Notes under the pieces: model-generated
Database searches by the model: none
What the model saw: only the letters and a program-made list of their open reading frames with translations
What the model was told of the DNA's origin: nothing
In this document: positions 40,051-49,745 of the stretch, piece after piece
Numbering within the stretch: the stretch's first letter is position 1
How the letters are laid out: each line of letters begins with the position of its first letter
Assembly: GCA_963777605.1 (NCBI GenBank)
Contig: CAVZRV010000031.1
Coordinates: 96,001-160,000 of the forward strand
Length of the DNA stretch: 64,000 nucleotides
Reading direction: 5' to 3'
Source of the DNA: an uncultured Acidobacteriota bacterium
GTDB lineage: Bacteria; Acidobacteriota; UBA6911; RPQK01; JAPXNP01
Made by a program: the position numbers and the translations under genes

Positions 40051-40967
40051 CACCTGAGGATCTCCGCAGTGAGTTCTCGTTCGTCTTTGACGGTGGAACC
40101 GGACGAACGGGAGGTGCCGGCAAAGTAGATCTTGAAGCCGGCCAGCCGCTTTTGAGCGAGTTGACCGGGACGGTAGTGCTCGGTTGCCAGTTCCAGATCC
40201 CGATGGTCCAGTTCACCGTCCCGCCTCTCATATTCAATCCGTAGATCGGGGAAGGCGACCCGGCCTCGAACGATCGGCAGATCATGACGGCTGGAGACCT
40301 CCTTCTGCTTTTCTCGGAGTGCCGCGTCGTCTCCCCGGTGTCGCAGTTTCGAAAGCGGCCGAAAGACCTTCGCTTTGAGCTCGTAGTCCAGAACGAGGCG
40401 GCGGATCTTTCCTCCCTCGAGTCGGATCTTTTCGGCCTCGAGTTGATACATGCGGTAGATGGCGGCGTCATGGCGTGCTTCAGCCGGTTTGACGAAGCCG
40501 GAGTAAAGCTTCTGGTTTCCCAAGCGGGATCCCGGGTCTCGGGGTGACGGTTCAGGAAGCGTGCGCCTTGACGGGTCAGGACGACGACGTGGGTAGCGAT
40601 TTCCGGTCGGCAAGACGAGGCGAATCCGGCGGGCAAGGCGCTGACGGATGAGGTTTCGAAGATCCTGTTCGGCCTGGGATCGGTCCCCCTCGTAGCGGAA
40701 ATCGACCAGGTCCCGAACATCGATCATTCGGAACCGGCCGATTTCCGTCATTGTCTCGAGTTCGGATTCCCGCAGCTCGAAACTTCGATTCCTTGACCAA
40801 CGGCGCTCGCGGGCGTTCGACCGCGGATCGTCTCGAACCGGCCGTTCAGTTGGGGGCGTGCGCGGAAGGTCTTTACTGTCGGCAGCGCCGCCCGCACGAG
40901 ACGGGGACCGGCGGTTGGGCTCTTCGCGAAGATCCGGGTGAGGCTCGCGTTCCAGACGTCCCCTCAT
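40050..40967 (-). CDS. Replication-relaxation-like protein (N-terminal HTH-like region + PD-(D/E)XK-type motif)
   Basis: RBS GGGAGG before ATG 40967; EARHD, FPDLRIEY..DLELAT motif; probable compensating frameshifts at about 40525-40595. Confidence 0.6.
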   Translation of the reverse strand: MRGRLEREPHPDLREEPNRRSPSRAGGAADSKDLPRTPPTERPVRDDPRSNARERRWSRNRSFELRESELETMTEIGRFRMIDVRDLVDFRYEGDRSQAEQDLRNLIRQRLARRIRLVLPTGNRYPRRRPDPSRRTLPEPSPRDPGSRLGNQKLYSGFVKPAEARHDAAIYRMYQLEAEKIRLEGGKIRRLVLDYELKAKVFRPLSKLRHRGDDAALREKQKEVSSRHDLPIVRGRVAFPDLRIEYERRDGELDHRDLELATEHYRPGQLAQKRLAGFKIYFAGTSRSSGSTVKDERELTAEILR

Positions 40968-41033
40968 CGTTCCTCCCGTAGACGCTCGCTGAGTTCCTCG
41001 GAGATGCTCTGCCCAGATCTCAACTGTTTCTCC

Positions 41034-41829
41034 GGCTTTGTCAAGTTGAGCCGTGGTCAGCGTGATTAGCGACAATTGCTCCATGAAACCCAACTACAGG
41101 GGCCACCGCTTCCCTCCGGAAATCATCAGTCACGCTGTGTGGCTATACCATCGGTTCACGTTGAGTCTACGTGATGTGGAGGACCTGCTCGCCGAACGTG
41201 GAATCGCCGTCTCATACGAGGCGATTCGATACTGGTGTGCAAAGTTTGGGCCGACTTATGCTTGTTCCCTGCGACGGAAACAGGGGCGGCTCGGGGACAT
41301 CTGGCACGTCGATGAACTGTTCATTACGATCAGGGGCGAACGCCACTACCTGTGGCGGGCGGTCGATCAGGACGCCGATGTCATCGATATTCTGGTCACG
41401 AAGCGCAGAGACCGTCGGGCCGCTCAACGCTTCTTTCGAAAGGCACTCAAGCACCAAGGCCGGGTGCCTTGGCAGCTCGTGACTGACAAACTTCGGAGCT
41501 ATTCAGCCGCCCATCGTGAGGTCTTTCCGTCCGTAGTGCACCAAACGGGTCAATACCAGAACAATCGGGCCGAAGTCTCCCACCAGCCAACTCGTCAACA
41601 AGAACGCAAACTGCGTGGCTTCAAGTCTGTCGCTCAAACGCAACGCTTTCTTTCGGTGCACGGCGCCGTTCAGAACTGGTTCAGAGTAGGGCGTCATCTG
41701 CTCAAATCCAGGCACCACCGACTGCTTCGAGAGCAGGCCTTTACGTGCTGGAATGAGGCAACGTGCGTTTATTAGAAGGAAAGGTGAAAAGCCTGATCTG
41801 CGCCGCTATCGCCTTAAGTTGACAATGCC
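41034..41829 (+). mobile_element. IS6-family insertion sequence, complete
   Basis: IRL GGCTTTGTCAAGTTGA; IRR (rc) GGCATTGTCAACTTAA; about 800 bp; no target duplication seen. Confidence 0.92.
41083..41775 (+). CDS. IS6-family DDE transposase
   Basis: GHRFPPEII, WHVDE, YLWRAVD, VTDKLRSY, NNRAEVSH. Confidence 0.95.
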   Translation: MKPNYRGHRFPPEIISHAVWLYHRFTLSLRDVEDLLAERGIAVSYEAIRYWCAKFGPTYACSLRRKQGRLGDIWHVDELFITIRGERHYLWRAVDQDADVIDILVTKRRDRRAAQRFFRKALKHQGRVPWQLVTDKLRSYSAAHREVFPSVVHQTGQYQNNRAEVSHQPTRQQERKLRGFKSVAQTQRFLSVHGAVQNWFRVGRHLLKSRHHRLLREQAFTCWNEATCVY

Positions 41830-42045
41830 CGCCGGAGAGCTCCAAGTTGGTTCCTTTCCAGTCGGTGCCAATCAGTGACTTCTGCCAATCCAAAATCGAT
41901 GAACCGTTACCGAGGCCTTGCTCAAGGCCGCTGCGGAGGCCCCTATTCTGCCTGGTGGCGTTTCTGGGGTATGGTAAGGCTGGATCTCAAGGAACGGACG
42001 TGCGGGAAAGCTGGGAAGTTGGGCGAGGGAAAGGAGAGTAAGAAT

Positions 42046-42540
42046 GTGAACCGACTACGAGCGATCAGATTTCTTCTGATTATTGTCTTCTGTGCGGCCT
42101 GTACTCCAAATCAGAAGAATTCCCTGATTGAGCGAAACAAGGAACTCGTTCTCACCATGAATCATGAAGTGTGGAACGAAGGAAACCTGGCGGTGATCGA
42201 AGAGCTCTTTTCACCCGATTTTGTCCAGCACTTCCTGCCTGACGGTTCTGACTTAAAGGGCATCATTGCCTTGCGCGAGGAAATAACGAAGCACAGGGAG
42301 GCATTTCCAGATTGGAGCGAACATATCAACCATATTGTGGCAGAGGATGATCTTGTAGTTATACAGTTCGAGTCATCTGGGACCAATCTTGGAAGTTGGC
42401 TCGGCCACCCTCCAGCCGGCAAGAAAGTGCGGATAAACGAATTTTCCATACTGAGGGTCGACAACGGCAAAATCGTCGAGCAGTGGTTGATGCCCGACCT
42501 ATTCAATCTGCGACAACAACTCGGCGTTGATAACCGATGA
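42046..42540 (+). CDS. SnoaL-like ester cyclase, probable lipoprotein
   Basis: RBS AAGGAG + GTG; FCAAC lipobox-like; EVWNEGNL..AFPDW..IVAEDDLV..GKIVEQW. Confidence 0.85.
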   Translation: MNRLRAIRFLLIIVFCAACTPNQKNSLIERNKELVLTMNHEVWNEGNLAVIEELFSPDFVQHFLPDGSDLKGIIALREEITKHREAFPDWSEHINHIVAEDDLVVIQFESSGTNLGSWLGHPPAGKKVRINEFSILRVDNGKIVEQWLMPDLFNLRQQLGVDNR

Positions 42541-42776
42541 GAAGCGTGAACAGTTCGTCAGAAGTGACATGGCTGGCCGGGCTTGTCCGCGCTTCGGCTT
42601 CACGTTGAGCTGCGGGGCGGGCAACCTCCGGAACTCGCTGCTCCTCAGGGTTGTGCCCAAATCGTGCCCGCGAGGATCTCATCTAGTCTCACTCAATCCG
42701 ACTCCAGCCAAAGGTCAGCGCAAAAGCCGACGCAGATTCTCTTTATTTTTCAATGGCTTACAGAATCAGGCGACAA

Positions 42777-42823
42777 GGTTTCTAATCCGTAGGCCGCGCG
42801 TTCGAATCGCGCCGGGCGCGCCA
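42777..42823 (+). other. 3' half of tRNA-Arg(TCT): att-site duplication
   Basis: TT-TCT-AA anticodon loop, T-arm GCGCG-TTCGAAT-CGCGC, acceptor strand CGGGCGC-G-CCA; no D-arm or 5' acceptor strand upstream. Confidence 0.85.
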
Positions 42824-42856
42824 CTTTCCCGCGGTTGGGTGCTTCTGGGTGCGCGT

Positions 42857-43110
42857 TCACTTTTCCTTGACCTCCGGAATTTCCGCATCGAGCCGATCCA
42901 CTTTCCGGGCGTTCGACTCCTGAATCCAGTGGGTGTACGTATCCAGGGTCATCGTGTTCTTGCTGTGGCCGAGTTGCCTCGAGACGTAGAACACGTTCGC
43001 GCCGGACAGGAGCATATGGGTCGCGTAGGTGTGTCTCAGGTGATGAATCCCTCTCGGACGGACCTCCGCTTTCTTGAGGAGAAGGTCCCAGCACTTGTGT
43101 CGAAAATTGG
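42857..43110 (-). pseudogene. Tyrosine integrase C-terminal fragment
   Basis: HHLRHTYAT (HxxR), LGHS, TLDTYTH (catalytic Tyr); N-terminal part missing. Confidence 0.88.
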
Positions 43111-43386
43111 CATACCTCGACGGAGCACAGAACATTACCCTGGTTGGCTCCCAAACGGCGGGGATAGACGGGAACACCACGCGGTTAGCGCTTGCCCGAT
43201 GGTGGACAAATGGTCTTCACGGGGATGCGCGTTCTTTTCGGCGACCACCGGCAATTCGAAAGGATAGGGATCACGCCGGATGGCGAAGTCAAACCCACCA
43301 TCGAAGGATTGCGTAATGGTGTCGATAAGGTGCTCGAAAAGGCAGCCCAAGTGCTGAAGGAGAACTCGGCGAGTCAAGGCAACTGA
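43110..43386 (+). pseudogene. S41-family peptidase C-terminal fragment
   Basis: ITLVGSQTAGIDGN, then PDGG..FTG..IGITPD.EVKPT..GVDKVLEKA. Confidence 0.65.
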
Positions 43387-43406
43387 AATGAACCAGGGAG
43401 GAGACC

Positions 43407-43570
43407 TCAGTCGGAAGCCGGTGGCTCCTGGAGTTCCAGGATCCGCGAGTAGGCGAGATCGGCGACCTTGGCGAGGGCGAGGAGGTCGGCGCGGCTGAAG
43501 CTGCGCGAAAACTTCCACGAGTCGCCGTCCTTATAGAGGCGCTCGCAGGTGACCGATTGTCGGATACCTC
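43407..43570 (-). pseudogene. Fragment of a small mobile-element-associated hypothetical protein
   Basis: SVTCERLYKDGDSWKFSRSFSRADLLALAKVADLAYSRI; no credible native start. Confidence 0.45.
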
Positions 43571-43626
43571 CCGAATTTTTGTTCGTCCAGCAAGGCCCGT
43601 GCATTCGTCGAAACAACTCGGCTATC

Positions 43627-43661
43627 TTGCTCTGAATTCCTAAAGTGTATACAGTCTACAG
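43627..43661 (+). promoter_or_regulatory. Sigma70-like promoter for a leaderless GntR mRNA, with overlapping palindrome TGTATACA
   Basis: TTGCTC-N17-TACAGT-N6-ATG; no RBS; TGTATACA at 43646-43653. Confidence 0.6.
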
Positions 43662-44343
43662 ATGAATGCGGCGACTACAACAGCCGTGCCCCTGAAGCAG
43701 GTGAATATCAGCGAGGCTGCGGCGGACGCTGTCCGCGAGATGATCATTGACGGCCGGCTTGCCCCGGGCGCGCGGGTCAATGAAGTGCGTCTTGCCGCGG
43801 CGCTAGGCGTGTCGAGGACGCCGCTGCGCGAGGGACTCCGACTTCTCGCCGCTGAAGGCGCACTCGACGCCGCGCCACGCCGCGGCTTTTTCGTCCGCTC
43901 CCTGACGGTGACAGAGCTTGAAGATCTGTACGCCATCCGGCCGTTGCTTGACCCCGAAGCATTGCGTCTGGCCGGCGTGCCGGCGCCGGCGCAAATCGCG
44001 CAGCTCGAAGAGCTCGATCGCACGCTTTCCTGCGGCGAAGGGCCCGAAAGCTGTGGACATCGACGATGAATGGCATCTTGCGCTTGTCGCCGGCTGTCCG
44101 AACCACGTCCTTTTCGACCTGATCAGGGGCATTATGGCGCGGACGCGCCGCTATGAACTTGCACTTGATGCGATCGAAGAAGGAACGTGCGGCGCGCCAG
44201 TGCGGATCATCAAGCCATCATCGCGCGCGCTGAAGGCGGGTGATCTTGAACGAGCGTGCGCAGCGCTAAAGTGCAACATGCGAAGCGGAAAGGCGCCGAT
44301 TATCGAATGGCTTGAAGAACGTGAGCGCGAGGGAACACGATGA
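43662..44343 (+). CDS. GntR (FadR/FCD) regulator; frameshift near 44035
   Basis: LAPGARVNEVRLAAALGVSRTPLREGL HTH; FCD part DDEWHLALV..N continues in the next frame. Confidence 0.85.
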
Positions 44344-46172
44344 GAATTTATTGTTCGCTTATCGGTCTTGGGTTGCTCATCGCCTCGACCGTCGGCGCAA
44401 CCAGCAGCAGCGGAAGACACCCTGATCGGACTTTGGGCGATGCGCGTTGAGTTCAGGCGGCAGGTGAGCGGCGATCTTGTCGTGCGCCGGACTCAAGGCG
44501 AATGGCGCGGCAGGGTCGGCGAGTTCGAAGCGCGGGCCGCACTTAACGGGGTGACGGTCCTCCTTGAATTCGCGGGCGGCTCCGGCGTCTTTCGGGGCAA
44601 GCTCACCGACGACGGAAGCGAGATTGACGGGTTTTGGCTCTCACAGCCTGGAGAGGCGAACGGTCTTCGTGATCCCGGCGGCACCGGCCAGCCATTTGTT
44701 TCGCCGCTCGTGCTGAATCGGGCGGACAAGAACCGCTGGAAAGGACGGATTCCTTCTTTCCCGGAGCAATTCTCTCTGTATCTCAAGGTATTCAAGAGGG
44801 ATGATGGAGCGCTTCGGGCCGCTTTCCGCAATCCGGAAGCAAACTCGATCGGTGGCGTCTCGAGATTTCTCATCAGGCGAAAGGGCGATGAAGTCGCGTT
44901 CGGCCTGCCCGGAGAGAATGGCGATTTTGACCTGAAAGGCGAGGCGCGCCTCCTTCACGGACCCGATAGAATCAGACTGTTCTGGCCCGACCTGAACGGA
45001 GAGATCGAGCTCCACCGCGCCAATGACAAGGAAGCGACGGGTTTTTGTCCTCGCCCGTCAAGGGAAACCCGGTATCGATACCGAAAACCCGCTGACCTTG
45101 GCGACGGCTGGAAAACGGCCCGCGCGAAAGACGTCGGCCTTGATGAAAAGGCGCTCGGAAAGGCGGTGCAGGCGATCGTCGACGCTGATCCGGCTGCGCT
45201 GCGGCCTCCTCTCATTCACTCGCTCCTGATCGCGCGGCGCGGCAAACTTGTGCTCGACGAGTATTTCTTCGGATTTGACGCAAAGACGCCGCATGATCTG
45301 CGTTCGGCCAGCAAGACCTTTTCATCGGTCATGTTAGGTGCGACGATGCGTGAAGGTGTCTCGATCTCCCCGGAGACAAAACTCTATGATCTCGTGGCAG
45401 ATATGGGACCGTTCGCGCATCCCGACGCCGGCAAGGCGAAGATCACGCTGGCTGATCTGATGACCCATACGTCCGGTCTCGCCTGCGATGATAATGACGA
45501 AGCTTCACCCGGCAATGAGGAAACGATGCAAAGCCAGGAAGAAGAGCCAAACTGGTGGAAATATGCGCTCGATTCTGCCGATGGCTCATGATCCCGGGGA
45601 GACCTATGCCTATTGTTCCGGCCGGCATGAACTTGATGGGGGCGGCCCTGAAGACAGCGACAGGAATCCCCGTTCCGACGCTCTTTGAACAGGCGATCGC
45701 TCGGCCGCTCAAATTCGGGCGATGGTACTGGAACCTGATGCCGAGCGGTGAGGGCTATCTCGGCGGCGGGGCCTATATACTGCCTCGCGATCTCCTGAAG
45801 CTTGGCCAGACCTATCTCGACGGTGGTGTCTGGAAAGGAACGCGCATCGTTAGCGCGAACTGGGTCAAGGAATCGACCACGCCGAAAATCGAAATTACGC
45901 CGGAGACGACAGGACTCTCGCCCGACGATTTTGCCAATGTCTATATCGGCGGTGCGGATGGCTTTGCCTGGCATCTAAATCCGGTGCATTCGCGCGAGCG
46001 AACCTACGCGGCCTATTCTGCGGCCGGGAACGGCGGCCAGCAATTGATCGTTGTTCCCGAGTTCGATCTTGTCGTTGTCTTCACCGGGGGGAACTACGGG
46101 CAAGGAAGCATTTGGCTGCGCTGGCGCGACGACATTGTCGGCGGCGAAATCATTCCGGCAATCAACAATTGA
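44340..46172 (+). CDS. Serine hydrolase (beta-lactamase family), secreted; frameshifts near 44355 and 45580-45625
   Basis: HDLRSASKT (SxxK), LMTHTSGL, PRDLLKLGQ, AAGNGGQ. Confidence 0.85.
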
Positions 46173-46282
46173 TCAGGTTAGACGAATCCCTCGTGGCCCT
46201 CTCCAAAGGATCGCTCACTCAACCGGAGCTTCGGCGGCGGGACTCTTGAAGGAAATCCACAGCGGGCCAACCAGCCGACGCA

Positions 46283-46666
46283 GGCACTGTCAAGTTGATG
46301 GGCTCGTTGAGAAAATACAGGAATGAACTCGCTCTTCAAAGGTCATCGTTTTCCTGCTGAGATCATTGGTTATGAAGATTCAGGGCCAACAGTTCTATCT
46401 TTGGAGAGCAGTCGATCAGGATGGCGATGTTCTCGACATCCTGGTAACCAGGAGGCGAAACACGAAAGCAGTTAAGCGGTTCTTCCGTAAGGTGTTGAAA
46501 GGACAAGGGAAACCGCCGTGGAAACGGATCACCGACAAGCTTAGCAGGCTACTCCGCGACAGAGCTTTCTCCCATTGGAGAGAGGTGACCTGCGCCCGCT
46601 GAGCAGCACTCTGCCGGGGCGTTTTCTGTCTCCAAATCTCATGGCCACCATTAACTTGACAGCGCC
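46283..46666 (+). mobile_element. Internally deleted, non-autonomous IS6 derivative (384 bp)
   Basis: IRL GGCACTGTCAAGTTGA; IRR (rc) GGCGCTGTCAAGTTAA; retains MNSLFKGHRFPAEII / YLWRAVDQDGDVLDIL..ITDKL / RLLRDRAFSHW. Confidence 0.88.
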
Positions 46667-46674
46667 ACCCAGTC

Positions 46675-48371
46675 TTATTTCGGATTGGACAAAGCGATCG
46701 AATCCTCGATGCCCTGGCCTTCAACAACGCGATAGATGTGTCCTCGCTTCACATGCTCGAGCGTCTGGTTCACGCCACTCGGCCATTTGAGAAGAATCCT
46801 GTCCGCTGTGTCACATTGCCCGAGACCCACGTGCAGGCGCAGATCATTGGCGGCGAGATAGCTTGCGGCAGATTTAACCTCCAATACCTGCTCGTGCCCA
46901 GAACATTGCACCTCAACGCGCGTCCCGATCCCATCGCGGTTGCTCTTCGTTCCCTCCAGTTTCAGAAGGAAGGAGCCCTGCCGCTGCCCGACATCGTTCC
47001 GAAGAATGGATGGCGCGCTGTCGCTGTTGTTTATGACCACATCGACGTCCCCATCATTATCCAAATCACCGAACGCAGCCCCTCGGCCAACCGTACGCTG
47101 ACTCAACGCCCCCCAGGTTCGTCGGTGACAAGATCGAAGCCGTCCCCGTCATTGTGGAACAACAAGGTCGGACCGTCGTGAGTACGGTCCGGTCGGTAAC
47201 GTTCGATGTCGTCGAGGATGTGCCCGGTGACGCCGAGAATATCTAACCTCCCATCATTGTCATAATCAAAGAATTTAAGGCCGAATATCACATACTGAAA
47301 GGAAGGTTCCAGCACACCAACCAAGCCGGCCTGATCTTCAAAGAACTTGGCCTCGTAGCTTTCAAACACCGCAATGCCCTCATCGGAGAAATTTGAGACG
47401 ATGAGGTCGAGCCAACCATCCTGGTTGAAGTCTCCGAAGTCGGTCCCCATCCCGGCCCGGCGCGTACCATCCATGCTGTAACTGACACCATAAATGGAAC
47501 CCATCTCCTGGAACGTCCCATCTCCCTTGTTCTCAAACAGAAAGTCCTTGTGGCGATCATTCGCGACGAAGATATCGATCCATCCGTCGCGGTTGAAATC
47601 ACCAATCGTGACGCCGAGGCCCTTTGCCTTCGCAGAACTCACGCCGGCGTCACTCGACACATCCGTGAAGGTACCGTCGCGATTATTACGATAAAGAAGA
47701 TCAGGTATCGGAGGAAAGAGATCAGGGAGACAATAGCTTCGCCACCCGGCGCTCTCGTTGCCGCAGAAGGGACCCTTCGCGACTTCCCACTCGAGATAGC
47801 GGCATACGTACAGATCCAAGAAACCGTCGTTATCGTAGTCGAGAAAGGCCGCACTTGTGCTCCACTTCCCTCCCTTAACGCCTGCCTCTCCTGTAACATC
47901 ACGGAATCTTCCGTTACCCAAATTCTGAAAGAGCTGATTCGGACCGAACTTCGTCACATAAATATCCACGTCGCCGTCGTTGTCGTAGTCGCCGACAGCA
48001 GCGCCGAAACAATACCCGGCCGATTCGAGTCCAGCTTCTTCAGTGACATCCACAAACCTGAAGTTCCCGTCATTTCTATAGAGGCGGTTGGCGTATTCAG
48101 GGCCTGCCTTGCGGAGTGAAGGAATCTCGGCTCCATTCAGAAAATAGAGATCCAAATCTCCGTCACCATCGTAATCGAACAGGGCACAACCGGACGCAAA
48201 CGGCTCGATGAGCTCTTTTGTGCCCGCAGCCCCGGTATGGTGCCTGAATTGATAACCGTGCAAGGCTCCGGTCATGTCGGAGAAGATCGTTCTGTCGGCG
48301 GGAAAAACCTCCGGGAAATACAGGGCACTGAGGAACAGTAGAAGTGCAGAGAGTCTCCAGCGATAAGACAT
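46675..48371 (-). CDS. CRTAC1-family protein (FG-GAP + ASPIC/UnbV); frameshift near 47105
   Basis: DYDNDG repeats; the C-terminal GRGAAFGDLDNDGD..SNRDGIG..HVGLG lies in ORF 46675-47106. Confidence 0.88.
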
Positions 48372-48469
48372 TCCTCAATCCCTTCGATCACTGTGCTTCA
48401 AGGTTGTGCCAGCTCTGTACGAGATTGCTCTGCTCCTCGGTGAAGGTCACGTTCACTCTCAGAACTCTT

Positions 48470-49510
48470 CTACGGTAAACCAAAGGTCAATCGAGTCATC
48501 GCTGGGCAATCACTGAGCTTGTGAGTTGCCTCGTAGCGATCTAATTTACCAAGGAAGTCCGCCCACATTCGATCTTCATCCACATCCGTGATCCAAGAGA
48601 CCGTCTGACCGGTCTCGGACATCTGGAAAGACAGGTCATCCATCAGTTGTGGCCGAGGATGAGTGACCGAAGAGGCCATTCCCATAAGGTAGGCGAGGGT
48701 AATATTGTCCCAGATGATCCACGGGCGTGAAAAATCATCCTGGCGCAAGGGTTTGATGAAACGATAATACCACCCTTGAAACTCGGTCCACAGCCATTTG
48801 CCAATCGGGCCGCGATCCTTGAGCATGGCTCCCGCCTCTTTGAGGCTGAGAGCCAGATTCTGGCGGCAAACATCACCGGCCCCGACCACGAGGGGTACGG
48901 GAGAGGCCAAGATCAATTGCATTGCCGCAGGGTCGTTCTGAATATTAAATTCCTGTCCCTGCGGAGGCTTGTCCCAGCTGCTGAAACCCATGTCTACAAT
49001 CCGGATGCGATGGACAATAGCGGGATCCTTCAGGATGGCCGACGCGATATCGGTCGCTGCCCCTATGGCCACCACCTGCAAGCGATTGGAAGCATCGAAG
49101 GGCTTGGACGCTTCGATCAAAAACTCCATCCCCGCGCTCTGCCTGGGAGTCTTTCGATCCTCGAGAGGAGAATCCGCACCGGCGAAGAGCGGAGGGTGTT
49201 CGGTCATGTTGAGTCGTTGCTCCACGATGTGACGCAGAATTCCATAGCTGGTCTGCCCGGCTGGTGAAGCTATGCTGGGGGCATGGGCGGAGATAATGCC
49301 CTTTACGTCGAACTCAGGGCTTAGCAGCAAATAGACAATCGCCCACTGATCGTCCACTTCATTGCCGACATCAGTCGAAAGGACGACCGGGATTCTTTCA
49401 GCACCCAGAACCTGTCCGGTGCTAATCCAGGCAAATAAGGCAAGAGCGAAGAACAGTGAGATAAGCTTGGTCGGCCGTGTTGAGGAATTGGGAGAAATGT
49501 TGGACATCAT
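48470..49510 (-). CDS. Nucleoside hydrolase family protein with signal peptide
   Basis: STDVGNEVDD, AIGAATDIA, EFNIQNDP, WD. Confidence 0.85.
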   Translation of the reverse strand: MMSNISPNSSTRPTKLISLFFALALFAWISTGQVLGAERIPVVLSTDVGNEVDDQWAIVYLLLSPEFDVKGIISAHAPSIASPAGQTSYGILRHIVEQRLNMTEHPPLFAGADSPLEDRKTPRQSAGMEFLIEASKPFDASNRLQVVAIGAATDIASAILKDPAIVHRIRIVDMGFSSWDKPPQGQEFNIQNDPAAMQLILASPVPLVVGAGDVCRQNLALSLKEAGAMLKDRGPIGKWLWTEFQGWYYRFIKPLRQDDFSRPWIIWDNITLAYLMGMASSVTHPRPQLMDDLSFQMSETGQTVSWITDVDEDRMWADFLGKLDRYEATHKLSDCPAMTRLTFGLP

Positions 49511-49745
49511 AATAACTCGCATTCTACCATCAGACGGGGCATTGACTTTCACGAAAAAGGTTCCCTGGGACAGAGTTTCCAGGATCGTATGATCGCACAC
49601 GAAAAGGAGTACATGGCCAAGGCTCTGCGACGTAATGAAGGCGCTGCCATGGAAATGACTCTCTCGTTCAATCTTGCACTCATGTCTTTCGGATAACCAT
49701 GTATCTCCGGCCACCTAGGCGCGTCGAGAAGAAAGAGAGAACTCG

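Noticed and set aside
40968-41093. N-terminal extension of ORF 40050-41093
   Set aside because: It reads in from the IS6 left end; the native start is at 40967 with an RBS.
42750-42823. Complete tRNA-Arg gene
   Set aside because: No 5' acceptor strand or D-arm; only the 3' half is present.
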